A program made the position numbers and the translations under genes. Positions 12,986-25,242 of a stretch of DNA of 64,000 bases are shown piece by piece. The stretch is taken from NCBI GenBank assembly GCA_045159875.1, contig CP067995.1, forward strand, positions 64,001 through 128,000, read 5' to 3'. The notes beneath the pieces are model-generated. The model saw nothing but the letters and a program-made list of their open reading frames with translations. It was not told the origin of the DNA and did no database searches. This DNA comes from a cyanobacterium endosymbiont of Rhopalodia gibba. GTDB lineage: Bacteria > Cyanobacteriota > Cyanobacteriia > Cyanobacteriales > Microcystaceae. How positions within the stretch are numbered: the stretch's first letter is position 1; each line of letters starts with the position of its first letter.

Positions 12986-13186
12986 AACTTGTTAAGGGGG
13001 TTAGATTATCAAAACTTTTTTAAGTATACAATTACTTGGTAATTAAAGGAGGAATTTGATGTTCGTGAGAGATTATAATAAATTCATCTTCAACATTAGC
13101 TTCTAACTTGTAAGGAATAACTAATTAGTTTTACAATCATTGATTATAGTTACTAAACAAAATTTGCTCAAGACATAGAGGAACCC

Positions 13187-13645
13187 ATGGCTAAACGCGT
13201 TCAGATTGTATTGAATCAATCTATCAATAAATTAGGAGACACAGGAGCTCTCGTAGAAGTTGCCCCAGGATATGCTCGCAATTATCTAATCCCTAAAGGA
13301 CTGGGGGTTATAGCAACATCAGGTATTCTCAGACAGGTAGAACAACGCAAAGAAAAAGAAAGACAACGCCTGCTAGCTGAAAAACAAGCAGCTGAAGCCC
13401 ATAAAACAGCCCTAGCAACTATTGGACGTTTTATTATCCGTAAACAAGTTGGGGAAGGACAAGCTATTTTCGGCACTGTCACCACCCAAGAAGTGGCTGA
13501 GGCAATTCAGGCAGTCACGAATCAAGAAGTGGATCGTCGTGGGATTACTTTACCTGAAATTAGTCAAATTGGATTTTACAAAGCGACAGTAAAACTACAC
13601 CCCGAAGTCATCGCAGAAGTTGAAATTCAGGTGGCACCTTTGTAG
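13187..13645 (+). CDS. rplI: 50S ribosomal protein L9
   Basis: [27 protein letters not shown]. Confidence 0.98.
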   Translation: MAKRVQIVLNQSINKLGDTGALVEVAPGYARNYLIPKGLGVIATSGILRQVEQRKEKERQRLLAEKQAAEAHKTALATIGRFIIRKQVGEGQAIFGTVTTQEVAEAIQAVTNQEVDRRGITLPEISQIGFYKATVKLHPEVIAEVEIQVAPL

Positions 13646-13689
13646 TGTCTAGTGACAAGAGTGTGGGTAGGGAATTCTGTTTGAATACC

Positions 13690-14575
13690 TAACCCGTCAT
13701 TCTCCTAATTCAGAAGGTAAGGTAGTCACATCATTAAGACGAATAATATGAATTTGATATTGACCTATTGAGGGAAAAAATATCCATAGAACGCGTATTT
13801 GAGTAAATTTAGTCACTAAAATAGAAATAGCAAACGTGAATAGTCTAGGAAAAGGTTTCATAAAATTCTGTTAGAGCCACCTAAATTTTTTCTTCTATTT
13901 GTTCAAGAGACTCTGGAAATGTTCTATAGATAGGGCTGGTTTTATCGATAGGATGGATAACTCGCCAATTTAATCCAAAGATTAGAGTTTGTGCTCGTAA
14001 GAAGTTTAAATCATAAGTGGTATCTATTCAGGGGAAACTTTATCCCTGACTAAACTAAGGTGAATTTGTTTCTTTGATTTTGCCGTCTGATTTGAAGCCC
14101 GAAACATCAAGGTAGAACTCCATGAAAAAGACAAATTACCACCACTTGACTGAACAAAACTCTGTCCGTTGGTCGAGAAAAGTAAGCAAATATTAATTTT
14201 CTAAAAATAGTGACTAACAACAAATCTACTCAAATTTCTATTGTTACTAACAATTGAGCGTAGAGAGTTTTAGTATATATTTAACTATAATCTACTGTAA
14301 ATAGAATTTGACTACTAGAAAAAAAGCATCTTTAAAAGACTCGATCTAGACATTAACGATAGCATCACCGGACTTAAATAGGCACAAGCGAACAGAATAT
14401 TAATGTCTAGATAAAACAAGTTAATTAATAATAGGAATTTGTTCCGAAAGAGAGTTAATAGCCAATACCAATAATATAAGTAATTTTTCGTTAGACAGAC
14501 CTTTGGAGAGGGTTTAATGCTACCAAATCTAGTGAAATTAAATTCCTTTTTAGTGTATGCTCTAAGGGTTATCAA
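13690..14575 (-). pseudogene. Inward-rectifier K+ channel (KirBac) pseudogene
   Basis: Minus-strand fragments YWLLTL..FLLLINLFYLDINILFACAY, FAYFSRPTDRVLFSQVVVI, TLMFRASNQ, FGLNWRVIHPIDKTSPIY; frameshifted. Confidence 0.85.
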
Positions 14576-15139
14576 TCAAAGACTGAGGAGAATAATATAG
14601 ACTAATTTACTTGAGATATACAATAAAAAGCCAAGTAATTAACTTAAACTTTTAGAAAATAGGAACATCAGAATAGCACAGAAAATAAAATTTTGCTTTG
14701 ATTGAGTCAAATACTATTTGTTATAGAATAAAAAAGGTTCTGTTTCATATTATTTAAAATCAATATCTTCCTAAGCATCTTTTTTCAGAAGAAAAAACTA
14801 TTGAATAAGTTGTTAAAACCAAGAAAGTCGATTAAGTATATTTAGCAAAATATATGTACAAATAAAAATTTACATAAAAAAGTAATTAATTTGCAGCTAT
14901 TAATATTTTTATTTTTAATAAACTTTAAAATTCTCAAGTACAATCTGAAAGTTCAAAATAGTCCTACCGAGGTTATTAAAAAATAATTTAACCGCTTTAA
15001 TCAGTAAATATTTTTAATTAATTCAGACAAAACAATTTTATTAATAAATGATAATTAACAAGTTTTTACTCGAGAAAAACGTTATGCTGGTGTTTAGTTT
15101 CTTTTAACTTAATTCAACCTATATCCGTTGATTATTCAC

Positions 15140-16288
15140 ATGTTTAATTTAGTTAAACCTTTTTATCCTCTTTTATTAACGGCAGTCCAAAATAACCCAG
15201 AGAGCGCACATTTACAACTTTTAAAAACCTTAAATATAGTTGATCGTACTCGTAATACTCTAGGAGGACGTTGGTTAATTTCCCAACTTGATAAGTCCTT
15301 TTGTGTCTACGATCCTCGTCTAAAACAAACATTATGGGGACTAACTTTTGATAACCCCGTAGGATTGGCTGCAGGATGTGATAAAAACGGAATAGCAGCA
15401 GCAATATGGAGTCATTTAGGCTTTGGGTTAGCGGAATTAGGAGCTGTTACCCTCCACCCTCAATCAGGAAATCCCCATCCACGTTTATTTCGTTTACCCC
15501 TTGATAAAGCGGTTTTAAACCGCCTTGGAGCGAATAATCTAGGAGCCGAAAAGATCGCTCAAACCTTGGAAAAAATTTGGCAGCGTAACCCCCGTACTAT
15601 CCCCATTGGAATTAATCTATGTAACTCTAAAATCACCCCCCTAGAAAAGGCTGCTAAGGATTATGTAGAAAGTTTTCGTTACCTTGAAAATAAGGCTGAT
15701 TATTTTGTAGTTAATGTAAGTTCTCCCAATACCCCACGATTGCGAGAACTTCAAGAAAGGGAACAACTTAAGACTATTTTACAGGAGTTACAAAACGCAA
15801 ATGAACAGCAGAAACCCCTCTTTGTCAAAATTGCACCAGACTTAGATAGGGAAATGATTGTAACGATTATTGAATTGGCCCAAGCTCATAAATTATCTGG
15901 AATTGTCGCAACGAACACTACTATTAAACGAGAAGGATTAACCACTAACATTCTCCCAGAAACAGGAAATAAAATTCAAGAAGAAGCAGGGGGAATTAGT
16001 GGACTCCCTATCCGTGATCTCTCAACAGAAATCATCCGTTTTATTTACCAACAAACTCAAGGAAAATTGCCCATTATTGGAGTCGGGGGGATTTTTACCC
16101 CAGAAGATGCCTGGGATAAAATTACAGCTGGAGCTAGTTTATTACAAATATACACCGGATGGATTTATCAAGGACCCTGGATTATTCCACAAATTTTAAC
16201 TGGCTTAGGTAAGAAATTAGAACAAGAAGGTTTATTACATATATCTCAAGCAGTAGGTATAAGAGCAAATATAGGAGCCTGGAAGTGA
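15140..16288 (+). CDS. pyrD: Quinone-dependent dihydroorotate dehydrogenase
   Basis: [39 protein letters not shown]. Confidence 0.97.
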   Translation: MFNLVKPFYPLLLTAVQNNPESAHLQLLKTLNIVDRTRNTLGGRWLISQLDKSFCVYDPRLKQTLWGLTFDNPVGLAAGCDKNGIAAAIWSHLGFGLAELGAVTLHPQSGNPHPRLFRLPLDKAVLNRLGANNLGAEKIAQTLEKIWQRNPRTIPIGINLCNSKITPLEKAAKDYVESFRYLENKADYFVVNVSSPNTPRLRELQEREQLKTILQELQNANEQQKPLFVKIAPDLDREMIVTIIELAQAHKLSGIVATNTTIKREGLTTNILPETGNKIQEEAGGISGLPIRDLSTEIIRFIYQQTQGKLPIIGVGGIFTPEDAWDKITAGASLLQIYTGWIYQGPWIIPQILTGLGKKLEQEGLLHISQAVGIRANIGAWK

Positions 16289-16509
16289 AGGCAGTACACC
16301 GTCATAAAATTTCAGAGAAAGCCATAATAGGTTTGGGTAAAGGATTATAATGCCTGTGAACAAGAGAGGATTAACTAAAATGAGACATAATTCCCTTATT
16401 TACATCTGATAGATTCTCACTCAGAAACAACTTCATCATCATTACAGATTGGTTACGGCAGTTACCTTTTCTTGGCTGTTTTATAGCAGGTTTAAATTGG
16501 GTAGCTTAT

Positions 16510-17100
16510 ACTAGCAGTAATACATAAACCAGCCAATTATGTCTTCATCGATTACTAAATCAGTCGCTTGATTGAGACCTCTAGAATTCGGGGATTCTTG
16601 AGTTTGTAAATCTTCTTTTATTTTTGACCAAAGGAAATAAAAGTATAATTTTTGCTCCTATAGATTTTATCAGTTTTCTAACTTTTCTAACTTTTGTGAC
16701 TTTATAAGCCGGTTAGTTATCTACGACCACACAAGCTCCTAGCTACAGTTGTGGTATCAGCACTTGTGTAACAGAAATTAAGAAACGCTATTTTTCCATC
16801 GTTTAAAAGTAAAAGTAGCCACAAAACACGATGTTACAAGCGATCCAATTAATGTAATATTTTTTACTCGATATATTGGGTTATTTTCCCTTTAGTTGCT
16901 CTGGCACACTGACGAGTGATAGCTAGCTCAACTTCAGTTTCGTCAATCAAAACTAGGACTGAAAGTTTGAGTTGTCCAAGTGCTGTTTAATATCCCAGTC
17001 TCGAAGTTTGACCCATATCTGTGTAAGCTTCCAAAGTATGAAGTATTTTTCTGGGTTGACTTAAGTTTTTGGACGAAACGACACATGGTCAGAATATTAA
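16510..17100 (-). mobile_element. Second IS630-family transposase remnant
   Basis: Minus strand: LVLIDETEVELAITRQCARATKG (cf. FIDESG..MTR.YAR), VLIPQL*LGACVVVDN*PAYK, DIIGWF. Confidence 0.85.
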
Positions 17101-17483
17101 TAGTCATACCTATTTTTTATGTAAGCGAGTACTTAGTTTTTGTAGAGAAATATCATTATCTTATTTTGATAATTTTTTTAAAATGTTAAGTTGTTCTGTC
17201 CCAATTAAAGAGAGGTTTTCTAGGCTATAGTAGAATTACTCTATGCTTTTTGTTGCTTTCTAATGTCTGAGGAGACAATTGACAAAACCATAACTGATTT
17301 AAAAACTTTCTGCTAGTTGTGGGGTCGATTGATTGGTCTTATTGTTAGTTTCTATTTTTTTAGTAAAAATATCTATAAAATTTAATTTCATTGTTTTAGT
17401 TTTTTCACTTTAATCCATCCAAATAAAAACTGCTATAAGTTCTCATGACTATGAGTTGTTAGCATTCCAGGAACTTGAAATAA

Positions 17484-17525
17484 TGCCCACTTTCACTTCT
17501 TATGTTTAAGAAGTGAAAGTGGGCA
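17484..17525. repeat. Perfect 19-bp-arm hairpin
   Basis: TGCCCACTTTCACTTCTTA-tgtt-TAAGAAGTGAAAGTGGGCA. Confidence 0.95.
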
Positions 17526-18195
17526 GTTAAGACCTTTTTATTTACTAATCAACATGCTCATCATCCATGAAGAAATATCTAGTCCTTTATGAAGGAGAAA
17601 AAACCAGGAGTTATGCATTGACAGATCAACTCAAATATGAAGTACATGCAAGCGGAGAATAAAGTGATTGTCAAATCCTAACATTAAGGCTGCAACCATT
17701 AATCCGAAATGTTTGAGGATTTACCTCATAAGAGCATAAACTGTTTATCTCCGAAAGAAAATTATAAACTTATTGATTTATGCAATAAAGTTAAATAAAA
17801 CATTAGATTTATAGTAGGCGGAACCTCGAATATTGATGATACGGTTTTTCCTTATAAAAGAGGTTAACATTGAGGCAGAGTTAACACAGTCAAAGAAAAG
17901 ACAAGCTTAATCAATTGATTTATAGAAGCCAACCGAGATTACAGTATCAGTAAACTTTATGAGCAGTATCTAGTGTATTAGAATCGACACAGAGATAGCC
18001 TATTCATATCAATTTGATGGTATTAAAGGTGAAGGACGTGATAACCGTAGTAATTTTCGGGGTTTAGAATATCTTGCTTAGCCTAGTGCTTCAAAGTATG
18101 GTGCTCTGATGAATTTCCTAGCCAGGAGCTTTTTCTGCTTACAAGCTTACAGACTAAATCCCCCTAAAAAAGGGGGACTAGAACTTCAAGACCGA

Positions 18196-19344
18196 TTACC
18201 CTAAAATCTTAGAAGCAGCAGCGACTCCTACTCCTGGGGCCGCTTTTTGACTACCTAGGGTAATTAAGACAGATTCCAAAGCAGCGATCACTGTTAAAAT
18301 ATCTCGCTCACTGACAAAACCTAAGTGACCGATGCGGAAAATTTTCCCTTTAAGGTGATCCTGTCCTCCCGCTAGAGAAATATCAAATTGCTTTTTAATC
18401 GTTGATCGAATAGCTTCAGCTGTAACTCCTGTCGACATAACAGCCGTTACGGCGGTGCTCGCCGCCTCATCATCGGCTAACAAAGGCAGCCCTAAGGCCT
18501 TAACCCCTGCGCGAGTCGCCTCAGTTAAACGACGATGACGGGTAAACATTTCTTTTAACCCTTCGGCTTTCATCATTTCTAAAGCCACTTGTAATCCATA
18601 CATTAAGTTAACCGGAGGGGTAAAAGGGGAGCTATTTTTATATGTTGCTTTTCTATACGCCCCTAAATCTAGATAAAACTTAGGAAGATTTGCAGTTTCG
18701 TAAGCTTTCCAGGCTTTTTGACTAACACACACGAAACCCAACCCCGGAGGGATCATATAACCTTTTTGGGAACCAGAACTGACCACATCTAAGCCCCAGT
18801 CATCAACAGGAACGTTGACAGCACCTAAACTGGTTACAGCATCGACGATAATTAAAGCTTCCCCGTGATTTTTGACATATTTATTAATAGTTTCTAAGGG
18901 ATTGATTACCCCTGTTGAGGTTTCTGAATGAGTTATAATAACCGCTTTAATGTGTTTTTGACTGTCAGCTTCCAATTTTTTGCGAAAGGCTTCAGAATCT
19001 AGAGGTTTGCCCCATTCGGCAGTAATTTCTTCTACTTCTAACCCAAACACTCGACTAATTTTCCCCCACCGTTCACCAAACTTTCCATTATTACCAACTA
19101 ATACACGATCGCCAGGACTCAAAAAATTAATAATCCCTGCTTCCATCGCCCCAGTTCCGCTAACAGTTAACATCAAGACATCACTCTGGGTTTGATGTAA
19201 CCATTTAAGGTTTTCAGTAATTTCTGCAATAATTTCACCGAAACCACTACTGCGATGACCGATGGGATGTTTGGCCATAGCTAGCAAAACCTTTTCGGGT
19301 ACAGGGGTTGGTCCTGGGATCATTAACATATGCTTATCTTCCAT
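18196..19344 (-). CDS. Class V PLP aminotransferase (alanine-glyoxylate/serine aminotransferase; soluble hydrogenase 42 kDa subunit family)
   Basis: LMIPGPTPVP, HSETSTGV, VDAVTSLG, SGSQKGYMIPPGL. Confidence 0.93.
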   Translation of the reverse strand: MEDKHMLMIPGPTPVPEKVLLAMAKHPIGHRSSGFGEIIAEITENLKWLHQTQSDVLMLTVSGTGAMEAGIINFLSPGDRVLVGNNGKFGERWGKISRVFGLEVEEITAEWGKPLDSEAFRKKLEADSQKHIKAVIITHSETSTGVINPLETINKYVKNHGEALIIVDAVTSLGAVNVPVDDWGLDVVSSGSQKGYMIPPGLGFVCVSQKAWKAYETANLPKFYLDLGAYRKATYKNSSPFTPPVNLMYGLQVALEMMKAEGLKEMFTRHRRLTEATRAGVKALGLPLLADDEAASTAVTAVMSTGVTAEAIRSTIKKQFDISLAGGQDHLKGKIFRIGHLGFVSERDILTVIAALESVLITLGSQKAAPGVGVAAASKILG

Positions 19345-19664
19345 GAATTCTGGCTCCTGTTTCGGGTTGAAATTCTTCCAAATAGTCAGTCTACTCCATT
19401 CTTATTCACCCTAAAAAGTTAAGCTGATGGCTTTGGTTATTTTTAAGGTTTAATTCAGGTTTATTTTTTTAGGAGGGAAAAGAGACTTCATGTCTAGTTA
19501 CAAGTTATCAATTATCATCGATGGTCTTGATTTAAGCAAAAAGTATAACACGGTAAAATTCCAGCGACTCATGATAATTTTTGCAAATATTGATGATTAG
19601 TCCCTAGGAATTATTCTGAATTTGTTGTTAAAACTATCTATATTACCTATACTAGTCACTTTAT

Positions 19665-20546
19665 TCAAGAAAATAATTGAGTGATAGCCTCGGTGATATC
19701 AGGTTGTTTCACTAAAGATTCCCCAATTAATACTCCATCAGCCCCGGCTTCCTGAACAAATTTGAGGTCATCACAAGTATGCAATCCTGACTCGCTAATA
19801 ATTTTAATTCCTCGTTTTTTAATTGTGTCCCGTCGAGCAGCTAATAATTTTCTAGTGATGTTAAGGTCTACCTCAAAGGTCTCTAAGTTACGGTTGTTAA
19901 TTCCAATCAAGGATACGCCTTCAACGCCTAAGGCTCGATCCAATTCCTCTAGGGAGTGAACTTCAATTAGAGAAGCCATACCTAAGGATTTGGCAATTTT
20001 CACAAAGTAGGTAAGATCACTATCATTTAAAATAGCGGCAATCAGTAACACGCTATCAGCTCCATTGGTACGAGCAAGGTAAATTTGATAGGGATAGAGA
20101 ATAAACTCTTTACACATTAGAGGCAAATTGACTGTTTTACGCACTAGGGCAAGGTTATCAAAGCTTCCTTGAAAAAATTTATTGTCGGTTAGTACTGACA
20201 AACAACTCGCTCCTCCTCTAGCATAAGATTGAGCGATCGCTACCGGATCAAAATCTTCACGGAGCACTCCTCTACTAGGGGAAGCTTTTTTGAGTTCTGC
20301 AATTAAAGCTGGTTGGGTTTTTGCCGAAGTGATAGCGGCTAAAAAATCCTTCGGGGGGGGTAAGTCTTTCACTAATTTGCGCAACTCTAACAGGGGTAAA
20401 CGTTGTCTTAGACGATCAACTTCTTTTTCTTTATACCAAACAATTTTTTCAAGAATGTGTCGCGGTTGCTCATCGGGAATATGAACTTGATAACGGCAAA
20501 CATCAACATCTATGGCAGGATTAGGAGAACGTCTTCGGATTTGCAT
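19665..20546 (-). CDS. trpC: Indole-3-glycerol phosphate synthase
   Basis: [43 protein letters not shown]. Confidence 0.97.
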   Translation of the reverse strand: MQIRRRSPNPAIDVDVCRYQVHIPDEQPRHILEKIVWYKEKEVDRLRQRLPLLELRKLVKDLPPPKDFLAAITSAKTQPALIAELKKASPSRGVLREDFDPVAIAQSYARGGASCLSVLTDNKFFQGSFDNLALVRKTVNLPLMCKEFILYPYQIYLARTNGADSVLLIAAILNDSDLTYFVKIAKSLGMASLIEVHSLEELDRALGVEGVSLIGINNRNLETFEVDLNITRKLLAARRDTIKKRGIKIISESGLHTCDDLKFVQEAGADGVLIGESLVKQPDITEAITQLFS

Positions 20547-20770
20547 AGGAGTCAGCAACAAAAATACAAATTAGGCTAAGCAACATCTTAGCCCTGCGAT
20601 CCTATCACAACTGTTTGTCGCTATAGCTAAAATGAGATATTTTTGCCCTACTTCGTGTATTTCTGTTGTCTTATCCCAATATTTCAAATTCTCCTCCTCT
20701 AGCTAGAATGAAAGGTATATATAGGTTTTCAATAAGTTCTTAATCCTATCAATTTTAATTATCTTCGACC

Positions 20771-20959
20771 ATGAATACTGTTAAAGAGAAAATCCAATCG
20801 ATCTTGAATCAATTACCAGATGATTGTTCAATTGAAGATATCCAGTATCATTTATACGTACTTGAAAAAGTGCGTCAAGGATTATACGTTGCCGATCAGG
20901 GAACTACCTTACAACAGGAGGAAGTTGAGGGTCTTCTAAACAAATGGCTTATCGAGTAA
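20771..20959 (+). CDS. Putative type II antitoxin
   Basis: 62-aa acidic protein (LPDDCSIEDIQYHLYVLEKV) overlapping the downstream RelE/ParE toxin by 16 nt. Confidence 0.8.
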   Translation: MNTVKEKIQSILNQLPDDCSIEDIQYHLYVLEKVRQGLYVADQGTTLQQEEVEGLLNKWLIE

Positions 20960-21240
20960 TTTGGTCTTCCAAAGCAATTGAGGATGTCGATGCAATTGCC
21001 ACATATATAGCCCGCGACTCGCCCTCTTATGCGGCGGCCGTCGTCCGTCAAATCCTAGACATTACCCACCGTCTTCAGGAATGTCCCCTAGCCGGAACAA
21101 TTATTTCCGAAGGGGACAATTTAACAATTCGTGACAAGTTGGCCTATACTTATCGCGTAATTTATCGAGTTCGAGACGAAACGGTAACAGTGGCGGTGAT
21201 CGTCCATACAAAGTGTTTGTTAGGATTTGCTAATTCTTAA
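20944..21240 (+). CDS. RelE/ParE-family type II toxin
   Basis: MAYRVIWS..A.ED...I..YIARDSP.YA, YRVIYRV, V.VIVH. Confidence 0.88.
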   Translation: MAYRVIWSSKAIEDVDAIATYIARDSPSYAAAVVRQILDITHRLQECPLAGTIISEGDNLTIRDKLAYTYRVIYRVRDETVTVAVIVHTKCLLGFANS

Positions 21241-21268
21241 GGAAATACCCTTAAAATAGGGTTATTAG

Positions 21269-21293
21269 TACTCCCTTAAGCGTCAAGGGAGTA
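21269..21293. terminator. Hairpin between the convergent toxin and rnz genes
   Basis: TACTCCCTT-N7-AAGGGAGTA. Confidence 0.6.
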
Positions 21294-21381
21294 TTAGCCT
21301 TATTTTCAAATAATTAATATTGTTGTCATAGCATCTATACTCATTAGCTATTGTTAACTACCGAGTTTTTTCCAATGCTTC

Positions 21382-22320
21382 TTAAGATGGTCTCCTTCTG
21401 GGGATTTCATAGGTCATAAAATCACGGGCAAGAAGAGTATTGGGAAAGATTGCCTTAGCTTCTGTTAGTAGATCAAATAATTGTAATACATTACCAGGGG
21501 CATAACGAGGACTAAAATGGGTCATAATTAAGTGTTTAACGCCAGCCATTAAGGCGACTTGTGCTGCCATGGTTGAGGTAGAATGAAGACGGTCAAAGGC
21601 TAATTGAGCATCTTGGTGGGCAAATGTTGCTTCATGGATTAAGACATCTCCCCCTTGCGCTAAGGCTACAGCCTCATCACAAAAGACTGTATCAGTGCAA
21701 TAAATAATTTTACGACCGGTTTCTTTATCTCCACACAGGTCTTTTCCTCGAATATGACGACCATCGGGTAAAGTGACAAGTTCACCTCGTTTGAGCTGAC
21801 CGTAAATCGGTCCTGGAGGAATTCCTAAAGCAGTTGCTTTTTCTATGTCAAAGCGACCTGGACGATCTTTTTCTTCAATACGATAACCATAGGCTGGAAC
21901 ACGGTGTTTGAGTAACCCACAACGAACGATAAATTGATCATCTTCGTATATGACACCAGGGCTTACTTGATAAACCCGTACTCGATGAGAGAGTTTTATC
22001 TGGGAATACTTAGCACAAGCTTTCAAGTAGACTACTAAGTCTGGTGGCCCATAAATTTCGATGTCTTGGGCATTTCCTGCTAAACCACAACTAGCTAACA
22101 GTCCCATTAACCCATAGATGTGATCGCCGTGCATATGGGTGACGAAAATTCTGGTGATTTGGGAAATTTTGAGATCACTGCGTAAAAGTTGATGTTGAGT
22201 TCCCTCCCCACAGTCGAACAGCCAGACTTCTGCCCTTTGGGGCAGACGTAAAGCAAGACTTGATACGTTCCGTGATCGCGTCGGCACACCAGAACTGGTT
22301 CCTAAAAAGGTGATCTCCAC
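21382..22320 (-). CDS. rnz: Ribonuclease Z
   Basis: [40 protein letters not shown]. Confidence 0.97.
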   Translation of the reverse strand: MEITFLGTSSGVPTRSRNVSSLALRLPQRAEVWLFDCGEGTQHQLLRSDLKISQITRIFVTHMHGDHIYGLMGLLASCGLAGNAQDIEIYGPPDLVVYLKACAKYSQIKLSHRVRVYQVSPGVIYEDDQFIVRCGLLKHRVPAYGYRIEEKDRPGRFDIEKATALGIPPGPIYGQLKRGELVTLPDGRHIRGKDLCGDKETGRKIIYCTDTVFCDEAVALAQGGDVLIHEATFAHQDAQLAFDRLHSTSTMAAQVALMAGVKHLIMTHFSPRYAPGNVLQLFDLLTEAKAIFPNTLLARDFMTYEIPRRRPS

Positions 22321-22767
22321 AATAATTTAACTCTGCTTGCTTTGGGACTGTCCATCCATTTTAATCTTTTCCGTTTAACTGAAATCTTGCACTGCCTTAA
22401 AAATTAACTAAGTAAGGGAGATAAGGGGAAAAAATATAGAATTTTGGCAATAAATTATCTAATTTTACGCTTACCTATCTGACTTTAACAATGAATTATT
22501 TAGCGTGTTTAGTTTGATTGTACTAGTACAGGACATGAGTTTAATCTTCTCAATATTTGAGATCTTATAGAGAGGATTCTGGCAGATAGATTGGAGCAAA
22601 AGATAGCAACAGCAATCTTGTAGAGATTGCTGGTTTTGCTGTAGACAAGTATACTTATAACCTATATTTTTTAAACAAACAAGGTATTACGATAATTACC
22701 CGAAGTCAATTACCCAGCAAACATTTTAATTGTTTTTAGTAAAAAGTAAAAATAATTATTTAAATTT

Positions 22768-22811
22768 AAATGTGAATTTATTTTTAAAATTTTAAAAATA
22801 AATTCACATTT
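22768..22811. repeat. Perfect 44-bp palindrome
   Basis: AAATGTGAATTTATTTTTAAAA|TTTTAAAAATAAATTCACATTT. Confidence 0.95.
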
Positions 22812-24042
22812 TATAGGGTTTTATTCCTAATAATTTAGGGTAATTCATACTAATTTTTGAATTGTTGGCAAAAAATCGCTCCTGCATATTTTTAAAATCT
22901 ATCAAATAGATTTTAAATTAAAGTTTATTTTTTAGATGAAGAGTAATGCTGAATTTATGATTTAGAACTAGTTAGTAAAATTCTACACTAAAAAATTATA
23001 GATTTTTTTGTTAGTAATATCTTTTACTACTCCTTGAGTTTTTTCAAAAAATATCTATTTTCTAGTCAAATATCCCAATTAGTTCATAAATTTTGGGTAT
23101 AATAAATGAGTTTTTTGAGACTAATTACATAATTTTAGTTTTCTTGAAAGAAGTCTAAAATTTATTGAGAATAACAACCATATTTTTTAAAAAAAATGCT
23201 GAAGACATAAGAAATATAGTGACTTTTTACTTAAGGCTTTAGTTTTATCATCTAATTGAATATTAACTTATTTCAATACACAAAAAATATCTACAAATAC
23301 TTAGATTTTTGGCATTAATTCCCGGTATTCTAGCTATTTTACTCTTCTTTAAAATTTTCTTATTTCTATAATTCCTAGGCTTAACACGCTTATCTAAATC
23401 TACTAACACTACACAATAACTTTCTTATATTTTAATTGCAGTAATTTCATCAATTATTAACCGTTTTCATATTTTTTATATCTGCAATTTTTAATTTAAA
23501 TCTTTAAATATTACTTTTATTGCTTATTCATTGATTTGATTTTCAGGTCACTATTCAAATACCTCTTCAATCATTTTTACTTCAAATCTTTGAGAAGATA
23601 TTCTTTTTTTAAGCATCTTAACTCTTATATAGATTTTTTTATATTAATTACATCTCATTTAACGAAAATTAATCTTGAAATAGACTACTTTTTCAACCGA
23701 AGGCGAATATCTAATAGTTGATTTATTATTTTAATCAAGTTTCCCGGTGCTTGAACTACAATAAATACAAGCTGCTGTCACAGTCTATTTGTCTGAGAAA
23801 TCAGACTATCACTATCTTATCTAAAATCTGATAATTGATAATAACAATTCCTTATAGATGGGAAATTTCATTAGTTAAACTTAGTTAATAATTTAATGCC
23901 ATAAATATAAATTAAGTATAGATATTGAGTTGAACATAATTCAATTTAAACATAAAAACTACTGGAATATTTTTTAATTAAATAATTAGAGTTTTGAGGA
24001 GATTTTTATTAAGAATTAATTGTGTATTGATATTTTTAATTT

Positions 24043-25242
24043 TTACATAACAAGTTTGCTGGGAACGGATAAAGTAACAACGGGAGCTTCATTATTTTCC
24101 CTAGCTACTCTAATTAATAAAGCGGCTAAAGTTAAACTTGCTAAACTCGAACTTCCTCCATAGCTAAAAAAAGGAAAGGGTAAACCCGTTGTGGGCAAAG
24201 CACCTGTTGCTACACCAATGTTAAGTAAGGCTTGTCCCACCATTATGACCATGACTCCAATAGCTACTAGTCGTTTGACTCGATGACGGCATTTCATGGC
24301 AATTCGTAGGGCAAAAGTCGCATAGCTAAATAGAAATAATAACAAAATAATTCCTCCCACAAAGCCAAATTCTTCTGCGAAAACTGAAAAGATAAAGTCA
24401 GTATATTGGATAGGTAAATAGAAAAGTTTTTGTTGAGACATCCCATATCCTGTGCCAAATGTTCCCCCTGAACCGACTGCCATTAAACTTTGTACTAATT
24501 GATAGCCATTCCCCATAGGGTCTTCCCAAGGATTAAGAAATGCTGTGACCCGTTCCCGTTGGTACTCTCGTAAACTAATACTAATAAAGGCAGTCAAAGC
24601 CCCCCCTAAAGCAGTTGAGGTTAAATAAATTGCCGGAATTCCTGACGCGACAGCAATTAGCCAAAGACTCATTCCACATAAAGCAGTAGTACTTAAATTA
24701 GGTTGTAATAAAATTGAAGCTAAAATAACTGCAAAGGCGATTAACCATTGCCAACGAATTCGCCAGGGCAGCCGTTCCCATTGTCCAAAAATTAGGGAAC
24801 TTTGTAAGACTAAAAAAGGTTTCATTAATTCTGATGGTTGAATCAAAATTGGACCTAATTTTATCCAACGAGTGGCACCGTTGATATTTTCTCCCAAACC
24901 AGGAACATGAGTTGACAGGATCAATCCTAATACTAAAAATAAACACCAAGGGGACAGTTTAAATAAATATTGTAGAGGTAATCGCACAATTATATTAAAC
25001 CCTTGTAATCCAGTCCAAGTCCAGATTAACTGACGGATCATATAGTACCATCCATTCCCTGTTTCGGCTTCAGCGACGGCATAGGAAGCGGAAAACAGGA
25101 TAATTAAGCCTAGGGATATCCACAAGAAGGTTAGCCAGCGTAAAAAGCGGGCTTCTTCTGACCAGTGTCGAACATCGGGATCGAAAATAGGAATGATATA
25201 ACGTAACACAGTCTGTTTGGAGTTTCGATTAACCCAGACCAT
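24043..25242 (-). CDS. ftsW: FtsW/RodA/SpoVE cell division protein
   Basis: NGATRW, IQPSELMK, GYQLVQS, LPIQYTDFIF, LPTTGLPFPFFSYGGSS. Confidence 0.9.
   Translation of the reverse strand: MVWVNRNSKQTVLRYIIPIFDPDVRHWSEEARFLRWLTFLWISLGLIILFSASYAVAEAETGNGWYYMIRQLIWTWTGLQGFNIIVRLPLQYLFKLSPWCLFLVLGLILSTHVPGLGENINGATRWIKLGPILIQPSELMKPFLVLQSSLIFGQWERLPWRIRWQWLIAFAVILASILLQPNLSTTALCGMSLWLIAVASGIPAIYLTSTALGGALTAFISISLREYQRERVTAFLNPWEDPMGNGYQLVQSLMAVGSGGTFGTGYGMSQQKLFYLPIQYTDFIFSVFAEEFGFVGGIILLLFLFSYATFALRIAMKCRHRVKRLVAIGVMVIMVGQALLNIGVATGALPTTGLPFPFFSYGGSSSLASLTLAALLIRVARENNEAPVVTLSVPSKLVM

Noticed and set aside
17550..18130. Coding-like decayed sequence on the + strand (..FRGLEYLA*PSASKYGALMNFL)
   Set aside because: Probably a pseudogene, but I could not recognise the family.
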